47,844 nucleotides of DNA from Planctomycetota bacterium (GTDB taxonomy: Bacteria; Planctomycetota; Planctomycetia; Planctomycetales; Planctomycetaceae), in contig CAUZTK010000001.1 in assembly GCA_963582395.1 (NCBI GenBank), positions 1 to 47,844 of the forward strand. Reading direction: 5' to 3'. The stretch's first letter is position 1, and the number at the start of each line of letters is the position of its first letter. The position numbers were made by a program, and so were the translations under genes. The notes beneath the pieces were generated by a model that saw nothing but the letters and a program-made list of their open reading frames with translations, had not been told where the DNA came from and made no database searches. Of the stretch, positions 25,044 through 34,588 are shown one piece after another.

Positions 25044-26411
25044 ATGAAGCATCGCTTGTTCTTCGCTCTGATCATTTTCCTGTTAGCTTTTCCAGCCGGG
25101 GTTCATGCCGGCGAGGCACAGCAGCACGCCCCGCCGAACATCCTGATCATCACTGCCGACAATCTCGGTTACGGCGATCTGCCGTGCTACAACCCCGGCT
25201 CACCAATTAAGGCGCCGAACCTCGATCGGCTCGCGGCGCAAGGCGCAAGGCTGACGAGTTACTACACCGCCTCGCCGACCTGCACCGTCTCGCGAGCTTG
25301 CCTGTTGACCGGACGGATTCCGCAACGGCACGGGCTGACAAACCAGTTGGGGGGAGTCTTGGGAAATTACGGCGTGGGGCTGAGTCAGAAGGAAGTCCTC
25401 ATCCCCCAGATTTTGAAGAACGCGCCGACGCCGTATGCAACCGGCTGCTTCGGCAAATGGAACATCGGATTTGCCGAGAGATCGCGACCGACCGAACGCG
25501 GCTTTGACGAGTTTATCGGTCATGCCTCGGGAAACCTCGATTACTACCACCACAACTATCGCGAGAGACACGACCTTTACAACGGCACCGCAGAACTTCA
25601 CCTGGAAGGCAAATACTCCACCGACATCTTCGCCGATGCGGCGATCGATTTCATTCAGCGAAAAACCAAATCCGGCCAACCATGGTTTTGTTACTTGCCG
25701 TTCAACGCGCCTCACTTTCCCATGGCAGGGAACAAAAGACCCGGTGAGCCAAACATCTGGCAGGCCCCAGATTGGGCCTTGGAAGCCTACGGATTATCCC
25801 CGGACGAAACCGATCCGAAAAAACGCTACAACGCAGTCGTTACCGCACTCGACAAGGCGATTGGGCGCGTGCTCGCCGAGCTCGACAAAGCGGGTGCGGC
25901 GGACAATACGTTCGTCTTTTTTATGTCAGACAATGGCGGGTTCCGGCTGGGCCGCAAGGGTCTCGATATCGGATCCAACGATCCGCTCCGCCACGGCGGC
26001 GTGACTTGCTGGGAGGGTGGTCTTCGCGTCGCCGCGATGGCCCGCTGGCCTGGAAAGATCAAAGCCGACTCGGTCATTTCGCAGTCGTTCTGGTCGCCCG
26101 ATCTGCTGGTTGCCAGCGTCAAACTAGCCGGCGCGACGTTGCCGAGTGACATTGTCTTTGATGGGAAAGATCCGCTCCCCATCCTGACCACAGGCGCACC
26201 CTCCCAGCACGAATCGTTCTTCTTCGTATTCCGTAAACACGCGGCGCTGCGGAAAGGTGACTGGAAGATCGTCCGAGAAAAACCGGCTCAACCGTGGCAG
26301 TTGTTCAACCTGGCAGACGATTTCGAGGAATCTCGGAATCTGGCAGGCCGTCAGCCCCAGCGAGTTACCGAACTCAAGGCCGTTTTCGCCGACTGGAACA
26401 AATCTTTCTGA
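25044..26411 (+). CDS. sulfatase-family protein (arylsulfatase-like) with signal peptide
   Basis: NILIITADNLGYGDL, SPTCTVSRACLLTGR (the formylglycine motif position reads C-T-V-S-R), FMSDNGG. Confidence 0.85.
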   Translation: MKHRLFFALIIFLLAFPAGVHAGEAQQHAPPNILIITADNLGYGDLPCYNPGSPIKAPNLDRLAAQGARLTSYYTASPTCTVSRACLLTGRIPQRHGLTNQLGGVLGNYGVGLSQKEVLIPQILKNAPTPYATGCFGKWNIGFAERSRPTERGFDEFIGHASGNLDYYHHNYRERHDLYNGTAELHLEGKYSTDIFADAAIDFIQRKTKSGQPWFCYLPFNAPHFPMAGNKRPGEPNIWQAPDWALEAYGLSPDETDPKKRYNAVVTALDKAIGRVLAELDKAGAADNTFVFFMSDNGGFRLGRKGLDIGSNDPLRHGGVTCWEGGLRVAAMARWPGKIKADSVISQSFWSPDLLVASVKLAGATLPSDIVFDGKDPLPILTTGAPSQHESFFFVFRKHAALRKGDWKIVREKPAQPWQLFNLADDFEESRNLAGRQPQRVTELKAVFADWNKSF

Positions 26412-26491
26412 ACATGCTGCGTCCCCGTCAGCAGGAAATCACTCGCGCACAATGAGATGAGCGAACCGAAAATAGGATCTGAATACAGCAA

Positions 26492-26516
26492 AGCAAGAAG
26501 TGTTCCTCATCTTGCT
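26492..26516. terminator. hairpin between convergent sulfatase and DUF1080 genes
   Basis: AGCAAGA-N11-TCTTGCT (26492-26498 / 26510-26516). Only weak T-rich flanks. Confidence 0.3.
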
Positions 26517-26520
26517 GTCT

Positions 26521-27261
26521 TTAGTTGAGGTTCTTGATGCGGATGTTCTTGAACTCCACCCACATCGGTTTGAATCGATGAAGCTGCAGGGCCAGGATGC
26601 CTTCTCGTAAAGCCAGCTTTGGATCGTTATCCGTGAAATCCATGATGAGCCTATTGTTGAGATAGTGCTGCATGTGATTTCCCTGGGCGATGATCACAAC
26701 GTCGTTCCAGTCGTCGAGCTTGAACAGTTTCCGGTAACCTGGCCTATCAATCAGAGTGTCGGTGACCTGCTTGTTACCGTCTGCTCCCCACGTGGCCTTC
26801 TCGCCGACGAGACACATGCGGCCGCGCTTGCCGCCTTCGTCGTAGATGAACCCCGCAACACTCGGCAGCCTGATCTCGTTGCGGATCTCGTGCTGATACC
26901 CGTGGACGACCCATTTGTTCCGAACCTGACCCTGGGTGACGTGCTTCGATCGGTACTGAATGCCCGAGTTGTTCGCGGCAGTGCAACGGAACGAAAGACG
27001 CAGTTCAAAATCTTTCGTCACGCCACCTTTCCAGATGAGGAACGTGTTCCCTTGGGCGGGATTCTCGGTCGTCGTTTCTCCTCGAATCACTCCATTCTTC
27101 ACCGACCACAGCCTCGGATCCCCGTCCCACCCGGCCAGGTCTTTTCCGTTGAAGAGACTCCGCATGCCGGCCGACTCAACAGGAGCAAGCTGCGGACCAT
27201 CGGCAGCCAAGACGTTGAATGAGAGAGAAATCAAGGCAACAAGCGTCAAACAGCGAAGCAT
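26521..27261 (-). CDS. DUF1080 (3-keto-disaccharide hydrolase-like) secreted protein
   Basis: Signal peptide, then SLFNGKDLAGWDGDPRLWSVKNGVIRG...GIQYRS...ALQLH...VEFKNIRIK. Confidence 0.85.
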   Translation of the reverse strand: MLRCLTLVALISLSFNVLAADGPQLAPVESAGMRSLFNGKDLAGWDGDPRLWSVKNGVIRGETTTENPAQGNTFLIWKGGVTKDFELRLSFRCTAANNSGIQYRSKHVTQGQVRNKWVVHGYQHEIRNEIRLPSVAGFIYDEGGKRGRMCLVGEKATWGADGNKQVTDTLIDRPGYRKLFKLDDWNDVVIIAQGNHMQHYLNNRLIMDFTDNDPKLALREGILALQLHRFKPMWVEFKNIRIKNLN

Positions 27262-27318
27262 GATATGTCCTCCGAAATGCCAGGAAAATTGTTCAGCGGC
27301 ATCGCAGTCTGTATTGCA

Positions 27319-28380
27319 TCAGGCGATGGTGATCTCGGAGTTGAGATACACGTTCTGAATCGCATTCAGCAGTTTGACGCCCTCGCTCATCGGCCGTTGG
27401 AAGGCTTTGCGTCCGCTGATCAGACCCATACCGCCGGCTCGTTTGTTGATCACCGCAGTGCGAACGGCCTGAGCCAAATCGTCCGCGCCGCTCGAGGCAC
27501 CGCCCGAGTTGATCAAGCCGCATCGTCCCATGTAGCAGTTGGCAACCTGGTAGCGGCACAGGTCGATCGGATGGTCGGTCGTCAACTTCTCGTAAACCAA
27601 CGGCGACGTCTTGCCGAACTGTAGCGCCGTGTAGCCGCCGTTGTTCTCCGGCTGCTTCTGCTTGATGATGTCGGCCTGTAACGTGACACCCAGATGGTTG
27701 GCTTGCGCAGTCAGGTCTGCCGACGCGTGGTAGTCCTGGTCTGCCTTGAACGCGTTGTTGCGCAGATAGCACCAAAGGATCGTCGCCATGCCCAGTTCGT
27801 GAGCCTGCTCAAAGGCTTCGGCCACTTCGATTATTTGCCGATTCGATTCTTCCGATCCGAAGTAGATCGTCGCACCGACCGCAGCAGCCCCGGTGTCGTA
27901 CGCTTGTTGAACTCGGCCGAACATGATCTGGTCAAACTTGTTCGGATAGGTCAGCAACTCGTTGTGATTGATCTTGATAATGAACGGAATTTTGTGGGAG
28001 AATTTCCGGGCCACTGCTCCCAAAATGCCAAACGTGGAAGCGACGGCGTTGCAGCCGCCTTCGATGGCGAGTGTGACGATATTCTCTGGGTCGAAATACG
28101 CAGGGTTGGGTGCGAACGATGCGCCTGCGGAATGCTCGATCCCTTGATCGACGGGCAGGATCGAAACGTAACCAGTCTCTTTCAAGCGTCCGTGGCCGAA
28201 CAACCGCTGCAAGTTGACCAACATTCGTGGATTGCGGTTGCTGGGAAGAAAAACTTGATTTACAAAATCGGGCGAGGGAAGGTGTAGCGACTCCCGGGGG
28301 ATTCCCTCGCAATGATGGTTGAGCAGTGAATCGGCTTCATCGCCGAGAATATCGGTAATCGTCTCTGTCATGAAAAGCAT
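27319..28380 (-). CDS. fbaB: class I fructose-bisphosphate aldolase (DhnA/FbaB type)
   Basis: Matches my recollection of E. coli FbaB along its whole length ([33 protein letters not shown]..., [36 protein letters not shown], ends SEITIA). Alternative ATG at 28371. Confidence 0.93.
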   Translation of the reverse strand: MLFMTETITDILGDEADSLLNHHCEGIPRESLHLPSPDFVNQVFLPSNRNPRMLVNLQRLFGHGRLKETGYVSILPVDQGIEHSAGASFAPNPAYFDPENIVTLAIEGGCNAVASTFGILGAVARKFSHKIPFIIKINHNELLTYPNKFDQIMFGRVQQAYDTGAAAVGATIYFGSEESNRQIIEVAEAFEQAHELGMATILWCYLRNNAFKADQDYHASADLTAQANHLGVTLQADIIKQKQPENNGGYTALQFGKTSPLVYEKLTTDHPIDLCRYQVANCYMGRCGLINSGGASSGADDLAQAVRTAVINKRAGGMGLISGRKAFQRPMSEGVKLLNAIQNVYLNSEITIA

Positions 28381-28485
28381 CCTTCAGATTTGAAACGGTT
28401 CTCGCGTTTTGCTGTGGACGTTAGATGTGCAGTCTGCTTTGGTCGCCGCGACGCCGCCTCGAAACTCATCTGTTTCCGCGAAGCC

Positions 28486-29742
28486 TCATCTATTTCCACG
28501 AAGAAGGTGTAGTCGCAGCAAATTGAACGCCGCTTTGGCCACACGGCTTTTGGTGATGGCCGGATCGCCGAGCAGAGTGTGCTGCTCGGTCCTGAGCAAA
28601 TTTTCACCAGCCAGCGCCACATAAATGGATGGCGGATCGCCATCTTGATTGTCCGGGTCGAAGTCTGGACATTCGGTCACCGCCAGCGAAAAGTCGGTGC
28701 CGAAGCGATGCCGACAGCCTTCGGCCATGGCACCGGCTGTTTCGGCGCTGATCGGTCCGGCCGAGTTCAGAATTGCCGCATCAACGCTCAACATGTTCTG
28801 CTTGGCTTCGCTGGTGGGAACGACGACGCCGCCCAGAAAACAGCCCTTAAATCCCTCAACCTCCGTCAGCCGATGCGCCAGCAAACCGCCCGTCCCCGAT
28901 TCGGCAACAGCCAGCGTCAATTCCCGCTCGTTGAGAATCCGGGCCACGGCATGCTGCAGCTCTTCGTCCTCGATGCCGAAGACGAGATCTCCCATCTTCT
29001 CACGAATGATTCGTTCCGTAGCCGCGATCTTTTCGTCGCACTGTGCGGGTAACTCTGCCTGGGAGGTGATGCGGAGCGTGATCGTCGCTTCATGAACGGT
29101 GATTCCCACTTCCGGGTCGCGGCCCCGCGCGGTCAGTTCGCCGAGCATCTCCTCGGCGTGCGATTCGCCCACGCCAAAGCAGTTGATTCGGGCTCGCCGA
29201 ATCACCCGTCCGCCTCCGGGCAGTCGCGGCAGGACCTCGTGCTGAAACATACGTTTCATCTCGCTGGGGACGCCGGGCATGACAACGACCTGGCTGGTGG
29301 TCTGGCTACTTTTGCGAGAAACTTCGAGCCAGATCCCCGGAGCGCTGCCCCGCGGATTGGAAATCGGTTCACTCCCCTCGGGAAACATCGCCTGGATGAC
29401 ATTCCTCTCGGGCATCGCGCGGTTCCGTCGCGCAAAGAGCGACTGAATGTGCTCTAGCGACGGCTGGTGCAGGACCAGTTCGGTGTTCGTCAGCCCGGCC
29501 AGCGCCTGGCGGGTCAGGTCGTCGAGGGTTGGTCCCAGCCCGCCGGTGATCAGCACCAGGTCGGAGCGGTTGACCGCAGCACGAAAGGCAGCGATCATCG
29601 CGCCCGTTTCGTCGGCCATGGTGGTGTGATAGTGCACGGGAATGCCCAACACGCCCAGCTCCAGGCTCAGCCATTGGCTGTTGGTATCGAGTTTGGCGCC
29701 GGTCGTCAGCTCCGATCCGATGGCAATAATTTCAGCGATCAT
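28486..29742 (-). CDS. cinA: CinA-family protein (MoCF-binding domain + nicotinamide-nucleotide amidohydrolase PncC domain)
   Basis: MIAEIIAIGSELTTGAKLDTNSQWL N-terminus, ITGGLGPTLDDLT, C-terminal PncC-like part LAVAESGTGGLLAHRLT. The table ORF extends 12 codons further, to 29778. Confidence 0.88.
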   Translation of the reverse strand: MIAEIIAIGSELTTGAKLDTNSQWLSLELGVLGIPVHYHTTMADETGAMIAAFRAAVNRSDLVLITGGLGPTLDDLTRQALAGLTNTELVLHQPSLEHIQSLFARRNRAMPERNVIQAMFPEGSEPISNPRGSAPGIWLEVSRKSSQTTSQVVVMPGVPSEMKRMFQHEVLPRLPGGGRVIRRARINCFGVGESHAEEMLGELTARGRDPEVGITVHEATITLRITSQAELPAQCDEKIAATERIIREKMGDLVFGIEDEELQHAVARILNERELTLAVAESGTGGLLAHRLTEVEGFKGCFLGGVVVPTSEAKQNMLSVDAAILNSAGPISAETAGAMAEGCRHRFGTDFSLAVTECPDFDPDNQDGDPPSIYVALAGENLLRTEQHTLLGDPAITKSRVAKAAFNLLRLHLLRGNR

Positions 29743-29794
29743 ATGTTTAAGTTCAACAAAGTACGAGCTAGGTAGCATTCCGATAAGGTTGCAG

Positions 29795-30979
29795 CTATTC
29801 GGCCAAATTGAGGGGTGTTTGTACTACGTACTTTGTCCTCTCTTCTTTTTCAAGCACGCGACGATAGAGTTCGGCGGTGCGAGCGACCATTTTCTCGACG
29901 CCGAACTGTGCCCGGACGGTTCGCCGGCCCGCTTCGCCGAGAGCACGGGCCCGAACAGGATCGCCAAGTAGTTCCAACATCCGCTCCGCCAATCGGCCGC
30001 TGTCGGCCGGAGGCACGGTGAGCCCGGTCTGATTGTCGTGCACGATGGTGTCGACTCCCCCCACGCGGGTGGCAATCACCGGTTTGCCCAGTGCCATCGC
30101 CTCCAGCATGATTGTTCCCAAACCCTGACTCAGCGACGTCAGGCAGAAAATATCCATTGCCGAGAGCGAGTCCGAAAAGTCGGGTAAATTGGGAATAAAC
30201 GTCACCCGGGATGTTATATCCAGCTCGCGGGCTAGACGGCGAAGGTTGATCTCTTCGGGCCCCGCGCCGGAGACGAGGAATTCGACGTCGCGGCCGGTTG
30301 CCAAGACCTTCTGGGCGGCGCCCAGAAAAAAGGGGAACCCCTTGACCGCTTCCAGCGGACCGGCGGTCCCCAACACCGGAACGTGGTCCGGATCCAGCAC
30401 TGACGATGTCTCTGCGGGTGTCGGCCTGTCAACACCGCCGTGGATGACGCTCACCAATTCGTCGGCGAGTCCGGTCTGCTTCAAAAGAGCATCCTGAACC
30501 GAATCACTAACGGCGATCACCCGTCGGCCGTGCTGCAGGTCGAACCGCAGTTGCTCAGACGGTTGAAGATAGTCGTGCAGCGTCAATACTAAAGGACGGT
30601 CAAGTTTCCGTGCCAGCCAAGTTCCTTCGGCCAGCATCGTTCTTGACTGGACGTGAATCAGGTCCGGCGGGTCGCTCAGAAAGTCGCGGCGCAGAAAATC
30701 CCGCACGAAACGGCCGACAAGGGGCGCATGCAGGTATCGGTATTCGCGAATGCCGAGCGATACGCGTTTTTCCAGTTCAACCGACAGGGCGTCGCAGCAG
30801 ACAATCTCCGCCATGACCCCGTGTTTGTCGAGGTTTTCTGCCAACCGCAACGTATAGGACGAACTGCCTCGCACCTCGAAGCGGCCTGCCAGCAACAGAA
30901 CTTTCAATTGGAGACCATCCAAGGTATCGCCCCCGGCCGACGAAACCAAACTCTGAAACGGTAAAGCTGTATTATTCAT
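29795..30979 (-). CDS. glycosyltransferase family 4 (GT-B fold)
   Basis: C-terminal GT1/GT4 signature QGLGTIMLEAMALGKPVIATRVGGVDTIVHDNQTGLTV. ATG 30979 (MNNTALPF) is preferred over the table start 31153, whose leader looks non-coding. Confidence 0.85.
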   Translation of the reverse strand: MNNTALPFQSLVSSAGGDTLDGLQLKVLLLAGRFEVRGSSSYTLRLAENLDKHGVMAEIVCCDALSVELEKRVSLGIREYRYLHAPLVGRFVRDFLRRDFLSDPPDLIHVQSRTMLAEGTWLARKLDRPLVLTLHDYLQPSEQLRFDLQHGRRVIAVSDSVQDALLKQTGLADELVSVIHGGVDRPTPAETSSVLDPDHVPVLGTAGPLEAVKGFPFFLGAAQKVLATGRDVEFLVSGAGPEEINLRRLARELDITSRVTFIPNLPDFSDSLSAMDIFCLTSLSQGLGTIMLEAMALGKPVIATRVGGVDTIVHDNQTGLTVPPADSGRLAERMLELLGDPVRARALGEAGRRTVRAQFGVEKMVARTAELYRRVLEKEERTKYVVQTPLNLAE

Positions 30980-31191
30980 CAATCCTTCAGTCGAGTCGAG
31001 ATGTGGGTCAGCGTCCGAGGTGTCCCTGGTAGCGATGAAACCGACGCGACTTTGGATGTGCCGGATACTTACTTCTTTTGAGGGTTTTTGACACGGGTGC
31101 TTCGAATTTGTTGCGGATTTCGAACTGCGGATTTCGGCACTGAGACTGACCAACTTTTTTCTGCGCGGATCCTATAGTCCCCGTCGAATCG

Positions 31192-32577
31192 TCAGCGGTG
31201 CATTGACGTGCCTTCAGAACCAGCAGTCCCGGTTGCGTTGTCCCGCTGACCGCCAGCACCGTTCGATTTTTGCGTTGGTGCCAGCGGCGTTTTGCCCCAG
31301 CGGACGTTGTGATGTAATTGTTTTCGGAACTGGTTCAGACCGACCATCAGGGCCTCGATCACCTTGGCGTAATCCCGGAAGGCCTGCGAGTAACGGCGTG
31401 CCGCATACGCCCGCTGTGCGTCGTTGCTGGCTTGCTCGTGACGGACCCAATCGATCAACCAGCCCTCCTCGGTCGCCGTTCGCTGGAGTTCGGCGGCGAC
31501 AGCGGCCAAATGGCGTAGGAACTTGAGGTTGAGCCTTGCCGATGCGGTCCGATACGGCTTCCACAAAACTGTCTCGGCTGTTTCGCCCCCTGGCTGCCGG
31601 CGCAGCCGCTTCTTCAACCGCAGGACGATGATCGTCAGAATAGCCATCATCGCCAGCGCTGCGCACGTCGTCCCCAGCGTCGTTTTCTCGAACAGTGTCA
31701 ACGAGACACCGACGAGAAACATAATGGCAATGGCCCAATAAGCCGCCAGCCACGACCAGCTTGTTGCTGCTTCGCGAGCCGCTTGTGCCGGGTCTTGATC
31801 GGCATGCAAGCCCGGCGGAATCTCGCCGGCGCGGACGATCACCACACTAACGTTGTCCGATCCGCCACGTAGATTTGCCAGACTGACGAGCAAGCAGCAC
31901 GCATCTCCCGGCGGAAGTTCCCGGGCAATCGTGCCAATTTCCGCATCGTTCACGTGCCCGGTCAAACTGTCGCTGCAAAGCAGAAAGATATCGCCCAGCT
32001 GCACGGGATACGGGCCTTCGATGTCAACGTTCACCCGCGGTTCAGGCCCCAGAGAACGTGTGATGACGTGTCGCGGTTCGTGCAGTAACACGTCTTCGGG
32101 GCTCATCTCGCGGCGGCGAATCAGCTCCCATTGCAGACTGTGATCGAACGTCAACTGGTCGATGCGATCTTCGCTGATCCGGTAAACCCGACTGTCGCCG
32201 ACGTGACCGATGACCGCACCCGCAGGCGAGAGAACTAGAGCCGAACAGGTTGTTCCCATCTTCTGAAAATCGTGATTTGCCGTTCCCCGCTCGTAAACGG
32301 CGGCATTGGCGACTTCGATGGCTTCCTGCAACGCGGCGGCAACGTTGCTTCCCCGAGATTTGAAGAACGTCTGGGGGAGCGTGTCGACGGTGATCTTGCT
32401 TGCCAATTCACCGACCGCGTGTCCCCCCATTCCGTCGGAAATCAGAAACAGATGTCCGTGCTCATTCCAAGTCGCCCGGTCCGGACAGACCTGAACGATC
32501 AGCGCATCTTGGTTGTTGCGTCGACGGAAACCAACGTCACTGATCGAGCCGTACTGGATCGATTGCTCCCAGAGCAT
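31192..32577 (-). CDS. PP2C-family Ser/Thr phosphatase with C-terminal membrane-anchored extension
   Basis: SDVGFRRRNNQDA, FLISDGMGGHAVGELAS, GGSDNVSVVIV. Then two hydrophobic segments (WLAAYWAIAIMFLVGVSLTLF, CAALAMMAILTIIVL) and a ~130-aa tail. Confidence 0.88.
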   Translation of the reverse strand: MLWEQSIQYGSISDVGFRRRNNQDALIVQVCPDRATWNEHGHLFLISDGMGGHAVGELASKITVDTLPQTFFKSRGSNVAAALQEAIEVANAAVYERGTANHDFQKMGTTCSALVLSPAGAVIGHVGDSRVYRISEDRIDQLTFDHSLQWELIRRREMSPEDVLLHEPRHVITRSLGPEPRVNVDIEGPYPVQLGDIFLLCSDSLTGHVNDAEIGTIARELPPGDACCLLVSLANLRGGSDNVSVVIVRAGEIPPGLHADQDPAQAAREAATSWSWLAAYWAIAIMFLVGVSLTLFEKTTLGTTCAALAMMAILTIIVLRLKKRLRRQPGGETAETVLWKPYRTASARLNLKFLRHLAAVAAELQRTATEEGWLIDWVRHEQASNDAQRAYAARRYSQAFRDYAKVIEALMVGLNQFRKQLHHNVRWGKTPLAPTQKSNGAGGQRDNATGTAGSEGTSMHR

Positions 32578-32872
32578 AGATCATCCTGCCCGACCACTTC
32601 GTTGGGCGACTCGGGGCTCCCAACGAATGATTCCACAAGCGACACCGAGGAAAACGCCAATACCCCGCATCCGAAATCGAGGCAGCGTCCGCAGCCAAGC
32701 CTGTCTCTCAACGAAAGGAACGCTGGCATCCGTCAGCGTCGCACCGAATGGCACATCTAGAACCGGCTCGATCGTCCGGTCGACAGATTGCGCTGCGCGG
32801 GCCCGCTGTACCCCTTATCGTATCGATACCTACGGCGTTCGGTAAAGTCCCTCGGGATGGTTGATCAAGACG

Positions 32873-32918
32873 GGTCAATTTTCATTCTGTGGTATCGGGC
32901 AGGGGGTCTGGCTCTTTT
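32873..32918 (+). repeat. Dispersed repeat family 3, copy Y
   Basis: GGTCAATTTTCATTCTGTGGTATCGGGCAGGGGGTCTGGCTCTTTT matches 16794-16839. Confidence 0.75.
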
Positions 32919-32941
32919 GGGGTTTCGTTCCAAACGGGCGG

Positions 32942-34384
32942 TTACGCGATGAGCTCGTGGATCACTTCGCCGTAAACGTCGGTCAGCCGGAAATCGCGGC
33001 CGGCCAAACGGTGCGTCAACTTGAGGTGATCAAAACCCATTAGATGCAAGATGGTGGCGTGCAGGTCGTGGAAGTGGACCTTGTCCTTGACGGCGTAGTA
33101 GCCGTATTCGTCGGTCTCGCCATATTTTAGGCCGGCCTTGACACCCCCGCCGGCAAACCACATGGTGCAGGCGTGCGGATTGTGATCACGTCCGTCTCGA
33201 CCCTGAGCCACCGGAGTACGGCCGAACTCGCCGCCCCACCAGACCAGCGTGTCGTCCAAAAGGCCGCGGCGTTTCAGATCGACCAGCAGTGCCGCTATCG
33301 GCCGATCGACCTCCCTAGCGTTGCTGGCATGCGAGGACTTCAGATTGCTGTGCTGGTCCCATTTGTAACTGTGTGAAATTTGAACGAACCGCACCCCGCA
33401 TTCGGCAAACCGGCGGGCCATTAAGCATTGGCGACCGAAGTCCTCGGTCTGTTTGTTGTCCAGGCCGTACATCCGCAGCGTTTCGGCGGTTTCGCTGGAG
33501 AGGTCTTGAACCTCCGGTGCCCGAGTTTGCAAGCGGAATGCCAACTCGAACGATTCGATGCGACTTTCCAGGGCCGAATCGGGACCCGCCTCGGCGAGCT
33601 GCTGGATGTTCATCTCCCGCAGCAGATCAAGTTCCAACCGCTGCAAACCGATCGGGGTCTCGGCGTTATTGATAAAGGGGATTTTGGCGAGTTTTGAGGG
33701 CGTACCGGCGTTTCCCACCCGCGTGCCCTGATAAACGGCGGGCAGAAAAGCCGAACCCCAGTTGTTGGCCCCGCCGTGGGTTAACGTTGGACAAATGGTG
33801 ATAAAACCAGGCAGGTTCTGGTTCTCGGTTCCCAGCCCGTAGGTCAGCCACGATCCGATGCTGGGACGCACAAACGTATCGCTTCCGGTATGCAACTCTA
33901 GCAGCGCCGCACCGTGCCGAGAATTGGAACCGTGAACCGAGTTGACGAAGCAGATGTCGTCCACATGCCGGGCGATGTGGGGAAACAGGTCGCTGACCGC
34001 AAAGCCGCACTGGCCGTATCGACGAAACTTGAACGGTGACCGCAACAGGTTGCCGGTTTGACTGGAAACGACACGCGGCTTGGCGAACGGCACCGGCTTG
34101 CCGTCATCTTTTTCTAACTGCGGTTTGTAATCGAAAGTGTCGACCTGTGAGGGACCGCCGTGCATGAATAAAAAGATGATCCGTTTCGCTTTCGGCGTGA
34201 AGTGCGGTTGTTGAACGGCCAGCGGGTTTGCTCGTCCGTCGGACGTTGCCGCCGGGCCCTCTTCAGCCAGCAGTCCCGCCAGCGCCAACGCGCCGAAACC
34301 GACGCTGCTCTGCCGCAGCATTTCTCGCCGGATCATGGGTCGTGAGTTTGCCGAGTGCCAGTGGGCATTCCAGGCAGAATTCAT
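32942..34384 (-). CDS. DUF1501 (sulfatase-like fold) protein with Tat-type signal
   Basis: RREMLRQSSVGFGALALAGLL, FLFMHGGPSQVDTFDYKP, GRDHNPHACTMWFAGGG. ATG 34384 is preferred over the table start 34456. Confidence 0.88.
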   Translation of the reverse strand: MNSAWNAHWHSANSRPMIRREMLRQSSVGFGALALAGLLAEEGPAATSDGRANPLAVQQPHFTPKAKRIIFLFMHGGPSQVDTFDYKPQLEKDDGKPVPFAKPRVVSSQTGNLLRSPFKFRRYGQCGFAVSDLFPHIARHVDDICFVNSVHGSNSRHGAALLELHTGSDTFVRPSIGSWLTYGLGTENQNLPGFITICPTLTHGGANNWGSAFLPAVYQGTRVGNAGTPSKLAKIPFINNAETPIGLQRLELDLLREMNIQQLAEAGPDSALESRIESFELAFRLQTRAPEVQDLSSETAETLRMYGLDNKQTEDFGRQCLMARRFAECGVRFVQISHSYKWDQHSNLKSSHASNAREVDRPIAALLVDLKRRGLLDDTLVWWGGEFGRTPVAQGRDGRDHNPHACTMWFAGGGVKAGLKYGETDEYGYYAVKDKVHFHDLHATILHLMGFDHLKLTHRLAGRDFRLTDVYGEVIHELIA

Positions 34385-34588
34385 GGGTGATACCTTACTT
34401 AGACCGTTATCGAGAGTGAAACGTAAATTTTGTTCTCGCTTCCAAATCCGAAGCACGAAACAAATTCGAATTCTTAAAATACGAATGTCTGATCTTTCGC
34501 AGATTTGGATTTGTTTCGGATTTCGAGGCGTAGCCTTACCTAGTTCCGTGTGCCGCGAAAGGCCGCCAGATCATTGCAGGTCCACAAG

